A stretch of 47,050 nucleotides of DNA. Origin: Sulfurospirillaceae bacterium (GTDB lineage Bacteria > Campylobacterota > Campylobacteria > Campylobacterales > Sulfurospirillaceae). Position 1 is the stretch's first letter. Each line of letters starts with the position of its first letter. Below are positions 9,496-19,240 of this stretch, piece after piece. The notes under the pieces are model-generated. The model had not been told where the DNA came from. It did not search any database and saw only the letters and a program-made list of their open reading frames with translations. Where the stretch lies: the NCBI GenBank assembly GCA_028705785.1, contig JAQWCT010000001.1, positions 1 through 47,050 on the forward strand, written 5' to 3'. The translations under genes were made by a program, and so were the position numbers.

Positions 9496-11124
9496 TTATG
9501 TTCTAAATTTACTCAATCCATTATTGAGCTCTTCTGTCAATTTATAAAGATGCTCAGATGCACTGGCTATTTCCTCTACACTTCGTGCATTTTTAGTACT
9601 GATATCATCAATATTTTTCATCTCAGCGACAACAATAGCGACATTGTCATTGATACTTTGAGAGCTTTTTATAGAATGCTCAGTTGCCACAACTGCTTTA
9701 GTCATAACATTTGCAGCATCCACAATAGAAGTACTCACATCTTTTGCACTTTGCGTCATTTGCTTGAAAGACTCAGCGTTTTTATTCATCTCATCCGAGC
9801 TTTGATTAATAGCTTGAACAACCACATTGATGGTTGCATTAATTTCTGTTAGCGCTTTTTGTGTTCTCTCTGCTAAACTTCTTACCTCATCTGCAACAAC
9901 GGCAAAGCCTCTTCCATGCTCTCCCGCTCTTGCTGCTTCTATAGCAGCATTAAGTGCCAACAAATTCGTTTGATCTGCAATATCTACAATGACACTTAAA
10001 ACACTTTTTACCTGTTCTGTATCTCTGCTTAGCGTATTGAGTTTTTCTGCTAAATCTAACTCTTTAATACTATTTTCAAGAATGGTATTAGCAAGGTCAA
10101 GCACGATTTTTTTGGCATTTTCTAAAGTATCATTTGCTATTTCAATACCTTTGCTTACTTCTTGCGTTGCCTCATAGCTTTCTTTAGCTATCGCATTGAT
10201 ACGATTGGTGTTAATAACTGTTTTTTGAACTGTTGCGACCTCATCTTCAACTCTTTTTCCTATTTCAAGGGCAGTTGTACTTAATTCTTGAGAAACAGCA
10301 ACATTTTCACTGCTTGAAATTTTACCCATGGAAATAAGCTTTTGTAAAACATCTAAAAATGAATCAAAATTGCGAGAGACTTCACCTATTTCATCATCTT
10401 CTTTGATATTAATGCGTTTTGTCAAATCTCCATTGCCTTGAGCTAAATCCAAAGCAATCACTTGAAGTTTTGATACCGAACCCAAAACGGAGCGAAGTAA
10501 AATAAGCGCACCTACAATAATAAAAACAGTTACAAATAGTGTTAATAGCACAATCGCTACAATACTATTGCTCGCTGTTTGCTTCGCTTGCGCATTTGCT
10601 TTTTGAAGTTCATCTTCGACAGATTGAAAGATAGCGCCAACCGTCTTGCTCACTTGTTCACTTGTACTGTCAAGCGCATTATCTAGTTTTTCCAAATCTT
10701 TCTCAATATCTTCACCTTTTAATCCTTTTTGAATGGCATTTAAAAGATCTTTTTTGAGTAAATCTTGGAGTTGAGTACTCTCACCCGCAAGCTTAGTCAC
10801 AAGTGCTTTTTCTTCTGGTGTATCGGAGAGTTTTTCAATCACATTTTGAAGTTTTTTGATTTCTCCAAATAAGGTATCTATCTCACTTAATCGCTCTTTA
10901 GAAACACCCTCTTTTTGATCAACAATAATATCCATTGAAAGAAGTGTTGTTTTGGTAATGTTGTTTTGATAATCTTTAATCTCAGAGAGCTGATTAGCGC
11001 GTAATTCAGAAAGTTCATTCGCTGAAATAAGACTTTTAATCGTCAGTGAAGCAAAAAAATTGCCGCCTAAAACCATTACAAAGAGTGCTGAAGCACCAAG
11101 TATTAACTTTTTCTTTATTGTCAT
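9496..11124 (-). CDS. Methyl-accepting chemotaxis protein (periplasmic sensor, HAMP, signalling domain)
   Basis: Two TMs, [49 protein letters not shown]; RBS AAGGAG; TGTTATAAT promoter (-10 at 11155-11160). Confidence 0.95.
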   Translation of the reverse strand: MTIKKKLILGASALFVMVLGGNFFASLTIKSLISANELSELRANQLSEIKDYQNNITKTTLLSMDIIVDQKEGVSKERLSEIDTLFGEIKKLQNVIEKLSDTPEEKALVTKLAGESTQLQDLLKKDLLNAIQKGLKGEDIEKDLEKLDNALDSTSEQVSKTVGAIFQSVEDELQKANAQAKQTASNSIVAIVLLTLFVTVFIIVGALILLRSVLGSVSKLQVIALDLAQGNGDLTKRINIKEDDEIGEVSRNFDSFLDVLQKLISMGKISSSENVAVSQELSTTALEIGKRVEDEVATVQKTVINTNRINAIAKESYEATQEVSKGIEIANDTLENAKKIVLDLANTILENSIKELDLAEKLNTLSRDTEQVKSVLSVIVDIADQTNLLALNAAIEAARAGEHGRGFAVVADEVRSLAERTQKALTEINATINVVVQAINQSSDEMNKNAESFKQMTQSAKDVSTSIVDAANVMTKAVVATEHSIKSSQSINDNVAIVVAEMKNIDDISTKNARSVEEIASASEHLYKLTEELNNGLSKFRT

Positions 11125-11171
11125 TATAAACTCCTTTCATCTGGAATTTTGAATATTATAACAAATTCTTG

Positions 11172-11537
11172 TTACACATAAGTGTCAAAAAATAAACAAC
11201 TCCCCCAGACAATGACAAATACAATAATACTTAAAAAAACTATGGCACTGCCCGCGTCTTTAGCACGACCTGCCATTTCATGATGCTCTAAAGTGACTAA
11301 ATCTGTCACCCGTTCTATCGCACTATTAATCGTTTCTGCTATAAGCATTCCCATTAAAGAGATAAACATCAAAAGTTTATACGCCAGCTCCACATGCACA
11401 AAAAAGATAACAGGAAAAAGGAAAAGTGTAATAATCAATTCAATTTTAAATGAAGTTTCATTAGCAATAATATCTCTAAGTCCTTTCATTGCATAGGTAG
11501 TATTTTTAAAAAAATGGTATTTTGGCTGATTTCTCAC
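11172..11537 (-). CDS. dgkA: Diacylglycerol kinase
   Basis: ETSFKIE, AETINSAIERVTD, AGRAKDAGSA, three TMs; GTG start. Confidence 0.92.
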   Translation of the reverse strand: MRNQPKYHFFKNTTYAMKGLRDIIANETSFKIELIITLFLFPVIFFVHVELAYKLLMFISLMGMLIAETINSAIERVTDLVTLEHHEMAGRAKDAGSAIVFLSIIVFVIVWGSCLFFDTYV

Positions 11538-11545
11538 AGTAATCC

Positions 11546-13123
11546 TTATGGTTTTTGGTATAAAAGTATATCTTTTGTTTTATCATAAACACTCGTTTCT
11601 ACACCCATAACACTTAAAATGGTATGGAAAAGATTATCATGTGAGTAGTTTTGAGAACTTTTTGCTCTTAGTGCTTCCACATCTATCGCTTCTTTACTTC
11701 TCTTCCCAAACCACATAAGTGCCCCAACATGCGTTTGTTCATCAGGTGCTATAAAATAAGGAATACCATGCAAATACAATCCCTTTTCGCCCAAAGATTC
11801 ACCATGGTCTGCCATATAAATGAGTGCTGTTTTAAACTTTTCATCATTGGTTTTCAAAAAGGCTATTGTCTGTGTTAAAAAATAATCTGTGTACAAAATA
11901 GCGTTATCATACGCATTCCCAATCTCTTCCTTAGTACATTGTTCTACTTGATTGGTCTTACATGTAGGCGTAAATTTTTCAAATGCTTTGGGATAGCGTT
12001 TATAGTAAGCTGGTCCATGATTTCCCATTTGATGCAAAACGATAAGAACATCACCTTTTTGAGTGTCAATATACTCTTGAAGACCTATTAACATACCAAC
12101 ATCACGACACTCTTCATCACACATTGTATTATTTTGTGGCAGTCTAAAGTCTTCATATTTTACACGAAGCGCAACCCCTTTAGAATCAGAATTATTATCT
12201 CTCCACAGTACATTGACACCACTTCTTTTTAAAATATCAATGACATTTTCAGTCGATTTTGCTTCCCTATCACTGTAATTACTTCGTTCTAGAATAGAAA
12301 ACATACAAGGAACAGAGATAGCTGTCGAAGTACCACACGAATAGAGATGGGAAAAATTGATAATATCTTCTTTTTGCAACAAAGGATTAGTTGGTCGTTC
12401 ATACCCATTGAGTGAAAAACGATTGGCGCGGGCGGCTTCACCCACAACCACAATAGTCAGTTTGCGCTGTGTATCTGGTATTTGTTTCGCATCAAGCCCG
12501 ATGGATTTTAGCGATACACTCCTTGATGAGACTCTATCATAAATATATTTCCCTGCCGAATAGAGGACATAGGTTGGATTGGTATGGTATCTTAATGATT
12601 TATTTTCTCTAAAAAAAGAGGTATAAAATTTGCTAAATGAAAACAGTAGCGTAGCAATCGTAACCAAACAAAAAAGTATCGTTTTAACGGTTATCCAAAG
12701 CTCTTCCCTCCATGTGCCATAAATAATTTTCACTTTGTAAATTAAGACAGAAGGTACTATTCCAAAAAACAAAATATACATAGCGAACTTGAATGTCAAT
12801 AAATCTAAAGATTCGTTTACATTTGTTTCTGCCATATTTTGAATCATAGTATCATCAATAATCACATGATAAGTATTCATAAAATAATTGGTCACTGCAC
12901 TTATGAGCAACAGCATAATAACGATGATTTTAAGTGTATATCGAGAGCTGATAAGCCTTACTAACAATAGGATGGCCATGGTTAAAAATAGTATGAGTGA
13001 GATTAAAAAGCCTATATTTTGCCATGATACTTCATATACATCAGTGACATTTTTAAAAAAACTAAAATTACTAAAAAAAACTAAAAATAAAGAACTGCCT
13101 AAAATAACTTTAAAACTCGTCAT
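11546..13123 (-). CDS. eptA: Lipid A phosphoethanolamine transferase (EptA/MCR family)
   Basis: N-terminal TM domain, VVGEAARA, catalytic Thr in CGTSTAISVPCMFS, HQMGNHGPAY, ADHGESLGE. Confidence 0.93.
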   Translation of the reverse strand: MTSFKVILGSSLFLVFFSNFSFFKNVTDVYEVSWQNIGFLISLILFLTMAILLLVRLISSRYTLKIIVIMLLLISAVTNYFMNTYHVIIDDTMIQNMAETNVNESLDLLTFKFAMYILFFGIVPSVLIYKVKIIYGTWREELWITVKTILFCLVTIATLLFSFSKFYTSFFRENKSLRYHTNPTYVLYSAGKYIYDRVSSRSVSLKSIGLDAKQIPDTQRKLTIVVVGEAARANRFSLNGYERPTNPLLQKEDIINFSHLYSCGTSTAISVPCMFSILERSNYSDREAKSTENVIDILKRSGVNVLWRDNNSDSKGVALRVKYEDFRLPQNNTMCDEECRDVGMLIGLQEYIDTQKGDVLIVLHQMGNHGPAYYKRYPKAFEKFTPTCKTNQVEQCTKEEIGNAYDNAILYTDYFLTQTIAFLKTNDEKFKTALIYMADHGESLGEKGLYLHGIPYFIAPDEQTHVGALMWFGKRSKEAIDVEALRAKSSQNYSHDNLFHTILSVMGVETSVYDKTKDILLYQKP

Positions 13124-13236
13124 ATTGATCCTGTAATTTTTGCTGATTATATCTAAAATTGAATAACCGTTAAAGAAATTTACTCTTATTTAATTTTAGA
13201 TATACTCTCTTATCTAAATTTTTTCAGGAGGTTTGT

Positions 13237-13677
13237 ATGAAAATGCTATTGACAAAAGTTTTAGTGGTGGCAACGCTTTCCGTGCCAAGTATCCTAAGTG
13301 CAGAAGCATCAAAAGGGCTTAATGTCTTGATGACTTCACCAGATGCACAAACCCAAATGATGGGGATGGTTCTCTCAACCAGTGTTCTAAACGACCAAAA
13401 AAAAGCTGTCAATATCACACTTTGTGGCCCAGCAGGCAATCTTGCACTTAAAGATTTTAAAGCTGCAGATGTTAAAAAACCCGATGGCACAGTAGCCAAT
13501 CCAAAAATGGCACTTCAAGGCTTAATGAAAGCAGGTGCAGTAGTAACTGTATGCCCACTTTTCTTACCAAATGCGGGTAAAGATGCAGCATCTTTAGTTG
13601 AGGGTATCACCGTTGCCAAACCACCGATGGTAGCAGCGGGTTTAACCAATTTAGAATTGAGTAATATTAGTTTCTAG
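13237..13677 (+). CDS. Exported DsrE/DsrF-like family protein
   Basis: Signal peptide, RBS AGGAGG, LCGPAG and VCPLFLPN motifs. Confidence 0.65.
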   Translation: MKMLLTKVLVVATLSVPSILSAEASKGLNVLMTSPDAQTQMMGMVLSTSVLNDQKKAVNITLCGPAGNLALKDFKAADVKKPDGTVANPKMALQGLMKAGAVVTVCPLFLPNAGKDAASLVEGITVAKPPMVAAGLTNLELSNISF

Positions 13678-13686
13678 GCTTTACAT

Positions 13687-13710
13687 GTAGGCTTGAGCGC
13701 TCAGGCCTAC
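13687..13710. terminator. Hairpin between convergent genes, abutting a TACATGTA copy
   Basis: GTAGGCTTGA-GCGC-TCAGGCCTAC stem (one G-U). Confidence 0.5.
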
Positions 13711-14003
13711 CAACACACACTTCGCGACAAATACCATTTCACAATCGCCATTGTCGAATAATCCATCTCTCTTTGCGCCAAAGGAATTGAGCTCATCCTC
13801 ATCTTAGAACTTACAACGCCACTAACAAGTGTTAAAAAAAGAAAAAATGCGATACCTATCCAAATATTATACACATAACCGATCCAGACACCTAAGCAAA
13901 GTGGCATAAACGAAAGTGCCCCATACAAAAGATACATCAGCACTCGACACTTGAATCCTTTGATAGAGGGCACTACTTCGATAATTTTTGGAAAGTCTTC
14001 CAT
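13707..14003 (-). CDS. Hypothetical membrane protein (2 TM)
   Basis: 98-aa ORF 2 nt after the yajQ stop; two hydrophobic segments. Confidence 0.7.
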   Translation of the reverse strand: MEDFPKIIEVVPSIKGFKCRVLMYLLYGALSFMPLCLGVWIGYVYNIWIGIAFFLFLTLVSGVVSSKMRMSSIPLAQREMDYSTMAIVKWYLSRSVCW

Positions 14004-14005
14004 TC

Positions 14006-14506
14006 TTATTTCATATTGGTGAAACTAATCGGGAAATCAAATTCACATTCACGAATGGCTTTCATCGCCTCTTGTAAATCATCAATTGACTTGCCCTCAA
14101 CCCTGACCACATCGCCACGGATAGAAGCTTGTACTTTGAGTTTTAAATCCTTAATCTCTTTAACAATTTTTTTAGCATCATCACTGGCTATCGCATCAAC
14201 AATACTCAGCGTTACACGCGTTTTGTTACCACCAGCAACTTCTCGCTTGCTCTCTTTAAGTGCCTTAGACGAGATACCTCGTTTGATAACCTCTGAGACC
14301 ATCGCTTCGACCATCGCATCCGCTTTAGAGTCGCTGGTTGTGAGCAAAATCAAGGTTTTTGCTTTTTCATTGTAGTCAAAATCACAAGTAATGCCTTTAA
14401 AATCCCATCTATTAGTAATGATTTTTTTGGCTTGCTCATACGCATCTTTAAACTTTTGCTTATCTATTTCTGCACTGATGTCTAGACTATGTTCTTTTGC
14501 TGCCAT
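14006..14506 (-). CDS. yajQ: YajQ family nucleotide/c-di-GMP-binding protein
   Basis: SLDISAEID, NRWDFKG, KLKVQASIRGDVVRV.GK.IDDLQ, FTN. Confidence 0.9.
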   Translation of the reverse strand: MAAKEHSLDISAEIDKQKFKDAYEQAKKIITNRWDFKGITCDFDYNEKAKTLILLTTSDSKADAMVEAMVSEVIKRGISSKALKESKREVAGGNKTRVTLSIVDAIASDDAKKIVKEIKDLKLKVQASIRGDVVRVEGKSIDDLQEAMKAIRECEFDFPISFTNMK

Positions 14507-14507
14507 G

Positions 14508-15440
14508 TTATTCTCCTATATAATCTTTAATATTTTCACCCACCAAACGGTTCAACTCCGTGCGTGCTTCAACGCTTGCCCCAGCGACATGTGGACTCAT
14601 TGCAAGTCTTTCCATATGCTTTACATGTAAAAGCGGATTACCCTCTTCTATGGGCTCGTATGCTGTGACATCAATGCCTGCATAAATGCCATTTTTGTCT
14701 ATTGCTTCAGCCAAATCAGCTTCATTGATAATGCCGCCTCTACCAACATTAATTAAAACAGCTCCTTTTTTCATCAAAGATAGCGCCTCTTTTTGTACAA
14801 GCCCTTTTGTTTTATCATTAAGAGGTGCGTGGATAGAAATAATATCGCATGTTTTAAACAACGCATCCAGCTCAACTCTAGCGAACTGCGCATCATTATT
14901 GGCACCACTGGTCGAATAGTAAACTACAGTTGCACCAAATGCAGATGCAATTTTAGCCACTTCTTTCCCAATCGTACCAAACCCAACAATACCCCACTTT
15001 TTGCCCTTAATTTCTTTAAAAGGTCGCTCAACATGGGTAAATATCTTACTTTTTGCCCAAGCTCCAGATTTAACATACTGGTCATAATAGGCACTTTGCC
15101 CGATTAAAGAAAGTGCCAAAGTAAAGGTCGTTTGTGCCACAGAGGCGGTAGAATACCCTGCCACATTTTTAACCGTAACACCTTTTTGTTTAGCATACTC
15201 CAAATCGACATTATTCATACCCGTAGCCGTCACACAAATCAATCCTAAATTAGGACATGCATCAATCACTTCTTTATCAATCATCACTTTGTTAGTCAAT
15301 ATAATTTTGGCATCACCAATATGCTCAACTCTTTGCTCAAGTGCTGTCATATCGAATGTCTCAAAAGTTCCAAACTGCTTAAAAACACTCAAATCAATAT
15401 CATCGCCCATTGTTTTTGCATCTAAAAATACTATCTTCAT
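14508..15440 (-). CDS. D-2-hydroxyacid dehydrogenase (glycerate dehydrogenase/HprA-like)
   Basis: TATGMNNVD, GFGTIG Rossmann motif, IHAPL, NVGRGG, DV..YEP, SPHVA. Confidence 0.9.
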   Translation of the reverse strand: MKIVFLDAKTMGDDIDLSVFKQFGTFETFDMTALEQRVEHIGDAKIILTNKVMIDKEVIDACPNLGLICVTATGMNNVDLEYAKQKGVTVKNVAGYSTASVAQTTFTLALSLIGQSAYYDQYVKSGAWAKSKIFTHVERPFKEIKGKKWGIVGFGTIGKEVAKIASAFGATVVYYSTSGANNDAQFARVELDALFKTCDIISIHAPLNDKTKGLVQKEALSLMKKGAVLINVGRGGIINEADLAEAIDKNGIYAGIDVTAYEPIEEGNPLLHVKHMERLAMSPHVAGASVEARTELNRLVGENIKDYIGE

Positions 15441-15442
15441 TG

Positions 15443-16624
15443 TTAGCCTTTTATTTTATGTCCCACGAATTTAGAAAAATTCTCCATAATCAATCCGCCT
15501 TTTCTAAATCCAAGCCCACATCCCTCATAAGCAAAAAAGACACCTGCTTGGTAAAAATCACCTTTTTCATCTTGTGGTAACTGTGCATATGCTTGATAAA
15601 TGGGAACAAAGTTTTCATACTCTCCACCAACTTTTGCTAACACACTCATGTCGTTATCATAGATAATTGTATTGGCACCTTCTCGTCCAAATGCCCTCTT
15701 TTCAACTTGTTTTTGACCTTTAAGTGGCGCAAACGAAGTCTCCAAAAGTAATGGATGGTTAGGAAATAACTCCCATAAAATTTTCATAAACGCTTTACTT
15801 TGAAAGATAAGTGTATAAGCAGGATTAAGAATAATGGCTTTTTGTGCTTCTACGATTTGAGTAAGCAATAATGCTAAATCGCCCTCATCAATAGCGATAG
15901 CCTCCCAAGGAATCAATTTAAACCAGTACTCAAAATTCTCTTCGCCTTTAAATATACCCTCTTCCCCACTAAATCCCACCTCATCAACATAAGCAAAATC
16001 CGTGTGAAATCCCGCTTCATTAGCAGCACTTTGAAGCAATCTGGTGGTGTTTTCATCTTCAATATTTCCTCTAATCGAAGAAAAAAGAATCTTCCAACCA
16101 TCATAATGTTGAGCAAAATCATCCGTATCGCCACCTAAAACGACCAAGCGTTTGAAATTTTCTTTGATAGCTTCATACAAGGTGTTAAACTGTTTTTCTT
16201 CATCCATATGGTTAAACTTCAACATTGCCCATTGAATAATGGCAGTTTCATACAATGAAGTGGGAGTATCTGCATTAAATTCAAGTAGTTTGATGGGTTT
16301 TCCATCCACACCACCTGCAAAATCAAATCTTCCATATAAATGCCAATGGACATCATTTTCCCAAGAGTTTTTGACTATATCTACAAGGTTAAAAGGAATG
16401 TTGAGCTCATGAAAAAGGTTATTGTCGATGACATGCTGAGCTCCTTCAACAAACATATCATACAAAGCGTTAGCCGCTTCATAGTAAGCTTCTACTTCAT
16501 CATTAGAGACAACCACTAGCTCATCTGCAACATAGGAAGTATTGTCTTTATCGGTATGCCAGTAAAACCCAATAGATTCTAAAAATTCATTGGTAAGTGG
16601 TTTTATCTTTTCTACATGTAACAT
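15443..16624 (-). CDS. Glutathionylspermidine synthase-like ATP-grasp ligase (YgiC/YjfC type, no amidase domain)
   Basis: LYGRFDF, KLLEFNADTPT, FKLIPWE, FQSKA, FGREGAN. Confidence 0.9.
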   Translation of the reverse strand: MLHVEKIKPLTNEFLESIGFYWHTDKDNTSYVADELVVVSNDEVEAYYEAANALYDMFVEGAQHVIDNNLFHELNIPFNLVDIVKNSWENDVHWHLYGRFDFAGGVDGKPIKLLEFNADTPTSLYETAIIQWAMLKFNHMDEEKQFNTLYEAIKENFKRLVVLGGDTDDFAQHYDGWKILFSSIRGNIEDENTTRLLQSAANEAGFHTDFAYVDEVGFSGEEGIFKGEENFEYWFKLIPWEAIAIDEGDLALLLTQIVEAQKAIILNPAYTLIFQSKAFMKILWELFPNHPLLLETSFAPLKGQKQVEKRAFGREGANTIIYDNDMSVLAKVGGEYENFVPIYQAYAQLPQDEKGDFYQAGVFFAYEGCGLGFRKGGLIMENFSKFVGHKIKG

Positions 16625-16627
16625 GTT

Positions 16628-17266
16628 TCATCCTCCTGAACTAGGTGTAGAACTTGGGCTACTAGGAGAAGATGTTCCACTTCCGCTACTACTTCCACCA
16701 GATGAGCCAAAAAACCCACTACTTTTAGAAGCACCGCTTGTCCCAGCACTAGATCCAGCAGGTTTATTAAAACTCGAAGAGCTTTTACTATACGCTTGTG
16801 GGCTTTTATAACTTGCTGCTCTTTGGTTTTGAAAATTTTGGTTGTTAAAGAGTTTATTACCTATCCAACTTCCAATCATCGCTCCTGCGATACTAGAGAG
16901 TAAAATTCCTCCTAACCCCATAGAGCCTGAACTCATTTGAGGGTTAGTAAGTGCCGAGGTGTTGTTATCAATTTTTTTGGCTTCATCTTTGACCAATTTA
17001 TCAATCTCTTCTTGCGATAAGATTCGTTCACTCCCATCTGCATTTCTGAGGATAATGCGTGTTGTCGAACTTGGATACTCTTCAGCTATCTTATATTGTC
17101 CTGGGCTTATTTCATCCACAATAACAAGCGCCCCTTGTGTTTTAGCTGCTTCTTTTAAAACATTTTCTTGATTATCTTTTTGTTCACACCCTTGCATACT
17201 TGCAATCACCATCACACCGATACCACCAGCTATCATATAATCTGAAATTTTTCGAATGTATTGCAT
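16628..17266 (-). CDS. UPF0323 family lipoprotein
   Basis: Lipobox MQGC, YKIAEEYPS, GAMIGSWIGNKLFNN, Ser/Gly-rich tail ending SSGG. Confidence 0.85.
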   Translation of the reverse strand: MQYIRKISDYMIAGGIGVMVIASMQGCEQKDNQENVLKEAAKTQGALVIVDEISPGQYKIAEEYPSSTTRIILRNADGSERILSQEEIDKLVKDEAKKIDNNTSALTNPQMSSGSMGLGGILLSSIAGAMIGSWIGNKLFNNQNFQNQRAASYKSPQAYSKSSSSFNKPAGSSAGTSGASKSSGFFGSSGGSSSGSGTSSPSSPSSTPSSGG

Positions 17267-17988
17267 TAGTTCCCCAATATTTCTTTGAGTTTTTTACCTT
17301 TTTTGATAAATAACTTTCCATCTTTATCCATCACATCATTATCGTGACCTACTTTTTTACCCAATTTATCGCTAATATTTTGTTTTTCTTTCTTAGAAAA
17401 TCCCTTTTCTTTAAGGTAACTTCGCAAATCTCTCCAATCACTATAACCCTCAAACATATGCTCTACTACCTCATTTTCTTCTTCAGTTTCTTCTAAAACA
17501 TCAGCATCTTCAAAAAAGAAAGGGCTATCGTTTTGATGGATACTGGAAGTATTGTTTTCTGGAGTTTTAGCCATGTTTTGCGCCATGGGTTCATTGGAGG
17601 TATGTGCTATTTGTTTATTTGCCAACGATAAAATAACCCTAAGCTGTTCGTCTCTTTCTTTGTAGATAGCTTCAATTCTCTCTTTTGACTCTATCAAAAG
17701 TCTTTCTTTGTCGCTAATTAATTTTTCTTTATCGACTTCAAGCTGTGTATTTTTAAGTTTTACCTCTTCGAGTTGACTCTTGAGTAATTCGATATAGGCA
17801 TTGTCAAACCCACTCTCGACTTTGCGCACTCTAATAGTTTCTTTGACACTGTTTTTTGTTAGCAAAATGTACTTAATGCCATTTTCTATCACACTTTGAA
17901 GTGTTCCTCTGCGCAACCTATTGTATATCGCCTCTTTACTGACGCCCAAAAGCTTTGCTGCTTCAATAACAGTTAGTTTTTTATCCAT
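17266..17988 (-). CDS. HTH (MerR/excisionase-like) coiled-coil DNA-binding protein
   Basis: LTVIEAAKLLGVSKEAIYNRLRRGTL HTH, heptad coiled coil, acidic linker, Lys-rich C-terminal domain. Confidence 0.8.
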   Translation of the reverse strand: MDKKLTVIEAAKLLGVSKEAIYNRLRRGTLQSVIENGIKYILLTKNSVKETIRVRKVESGFDNAYIELLKSQLEEVKLKNTQLEVDKEKLISDKERLLIESKERIEAIYKERDEQLRVILSLANKQIAHTSNEPMAQNMAKTPENNTSSIHQNDSPFFFEDADVLEETEEENEVVEHMFEGYSDWRDLRSYLKEKGFSKKEKQNISDKLGKKVGHDNDVMDKDGKLFIKKGKKLKEILGN

Positions 17989-18113
17989 CTTTTTACCTTT
18001 TGATAAGAGCGAGAAGATTTTATTTGCTAACGCTTATGTTATCATAGCTTTGATTAGTTTATTTTGAGAAAGAAGTTTTTTGAAGTTTTTGAGAAAAAAG
18101 TGTAGATAAAAGT

Positions 18114-18143
18114 AAAAATCGAGAAGATAACTTCTCGATTTTT
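18114..18143 (-). terminator. rpsU intrinsic terminator
   Basis: Perfect AAAAATCGAGAAG-ATAA-CTTCTCGATTTTT hairpin 7 nt after the rpsU stop. Confidence 0.9.
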
Positions 18144-18150
18144 GAGTGTG

Positions 18151-18363
18151 TTAGAGTCGTGATTCGTATCTTCTAAGCATATAAAGTCTTTTCAACTGTT
18201 TTTTGCGTGCACTAATCTTATCTTTTTTACGCTTTTCTGTAGCCGTTTCATAGAAACGTCTTGCGCGCACTTCAGTTACAACTAGGTTACGATCAACTTG
18301 TTTTTTAAACTTTCTATAAGCTTCGTCAAATGAATCATTAGGGTGAACTTTAATCCCTGGCAT
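18151..18363 (-). CDS. rpsU: 30S ribosomal protein S21
   Basis: [25 protein letters not shown], Campylobacterota S21. Confidence 0.97.
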   Translation of the reverse strand: MPGIKVHPNDSFDEAYRKFKKQVDRNLVVTEVRARRFYETATEKRKKDKISARKKQLKRLYMLRRYESRL

Positions 18364-18544
18364 ACTCTTTCACCACCTTTCTGATAAATTTAGGATTGAA
18401 TTCTATCGAATTCCCCTTACATGTAAGCTTAAATAAATAAATCATATCTAATTTTGACGATGAAATATCATTATATATTGACTTATTCCGTCAAAACAAT
18501 GTATACTTCCATGATGAAAAAAATAATAAAAAGGTGACATTTTT

Positions 18545-19240
18545 ATGAATATAGTCCTTTTGAAAAATAAGAGTGATAATCCAAGTACAACTGTCCAGCA
18601 AAAACAAATTTTCAAATATGCTCATCACCATGGAATAACAATCGATACAACAGAGATAGAAAATTCTGATTATGCTGTCGAATTGGAAGACCGCAAAGAA
18701 TTTAAAGGTTTTTTGAGATCCCTTGAAAATAATGACCATCTCATTATTTTTGATCTCTTCACTTTCTCACAAAATGTTGAAGAGTTAGTTGAAATCTTTA
18801 AATGCCTCCTAACGCGTTCCATCACCGTTCATATTGCCAATATCAATATTGCTATAGAAACAAGTTCTAAACCACTTATTTTATTAGAACTTCTTTCTAA
18901 ACAAGGAGAACTTACTAAAAATATGGAAAAAGAGAAGATACAAGGAAGGCCAAAAGGAAGAATGTCAAAATCAAAATTTGATATTTATAGGTCACAAGTG
19001 ATAGAATTACTTGAAAATCGTGTATCGGTAAGCGAAATATCAAAAGTTTTACATGTAAGCCGTACTTCTTTAAAAGATTACATCAATTCAAGAGGTCTTA
19101 AAGATTTAGTCAAAGCCAAAATATTGTTACTTAAATCTTCAAAAAAACAAATATTTCATGCCAATACCCATACAGCTAAAGAGTGTTCACTAATCAAAGA
19201 GATTATAAATCAACCACAAGGAATAAAAAATGAGTTGTAG
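18545..19240 (+). CDS. Serine-recombinase-fold protein with C-terminal HTH, apparently lacking the catalytic motif
   Basis: Resolvase-like layout (Q..QI..YA, R..F..L..L...D.LII, GRPKG, HTH VSEISKVLHVSRTSL) but no YxRVS. Confidence 0.75.
   Translation: MNIVLLKNKSDNPSTTVQQKQIFKYAHHHGITIDTTEIENSDYAVELEDRKEFKGFLRSLENNDHLIIFDLFTFSQNVEELVEIFKCLLTRSITVHIANINIAIETSSKPLILLELLSKQGELTKNMEKEKIQGRPKGRMSKSKFDIYRSQVIELLENRVSVSEISKVLHVSRTSLKDYINSRGLKDLVKAKILLLKSSKKQIFHANTHTAKECSLIKEIINQPQGIKNEL

Noticed and set aside
17266-17988. Excisionase of a prophage or ICE
   Set aside because: No integrase, att duplication or phage genes; it is coupled to a housekeeping operon
18478-18494. FNR box upstream of the ccoG operon
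   Set aside because: TTGAC-N7-GTCAA does not fit TTGAT-N4-ATCAA spacing
18545-19240. Resolvase as marker of a transposon or invertible element
   Set aside because: Catalytic motif is missing, it is flanked by core genes (rpsU, ccoG), and no terminal repeats or transposase are present
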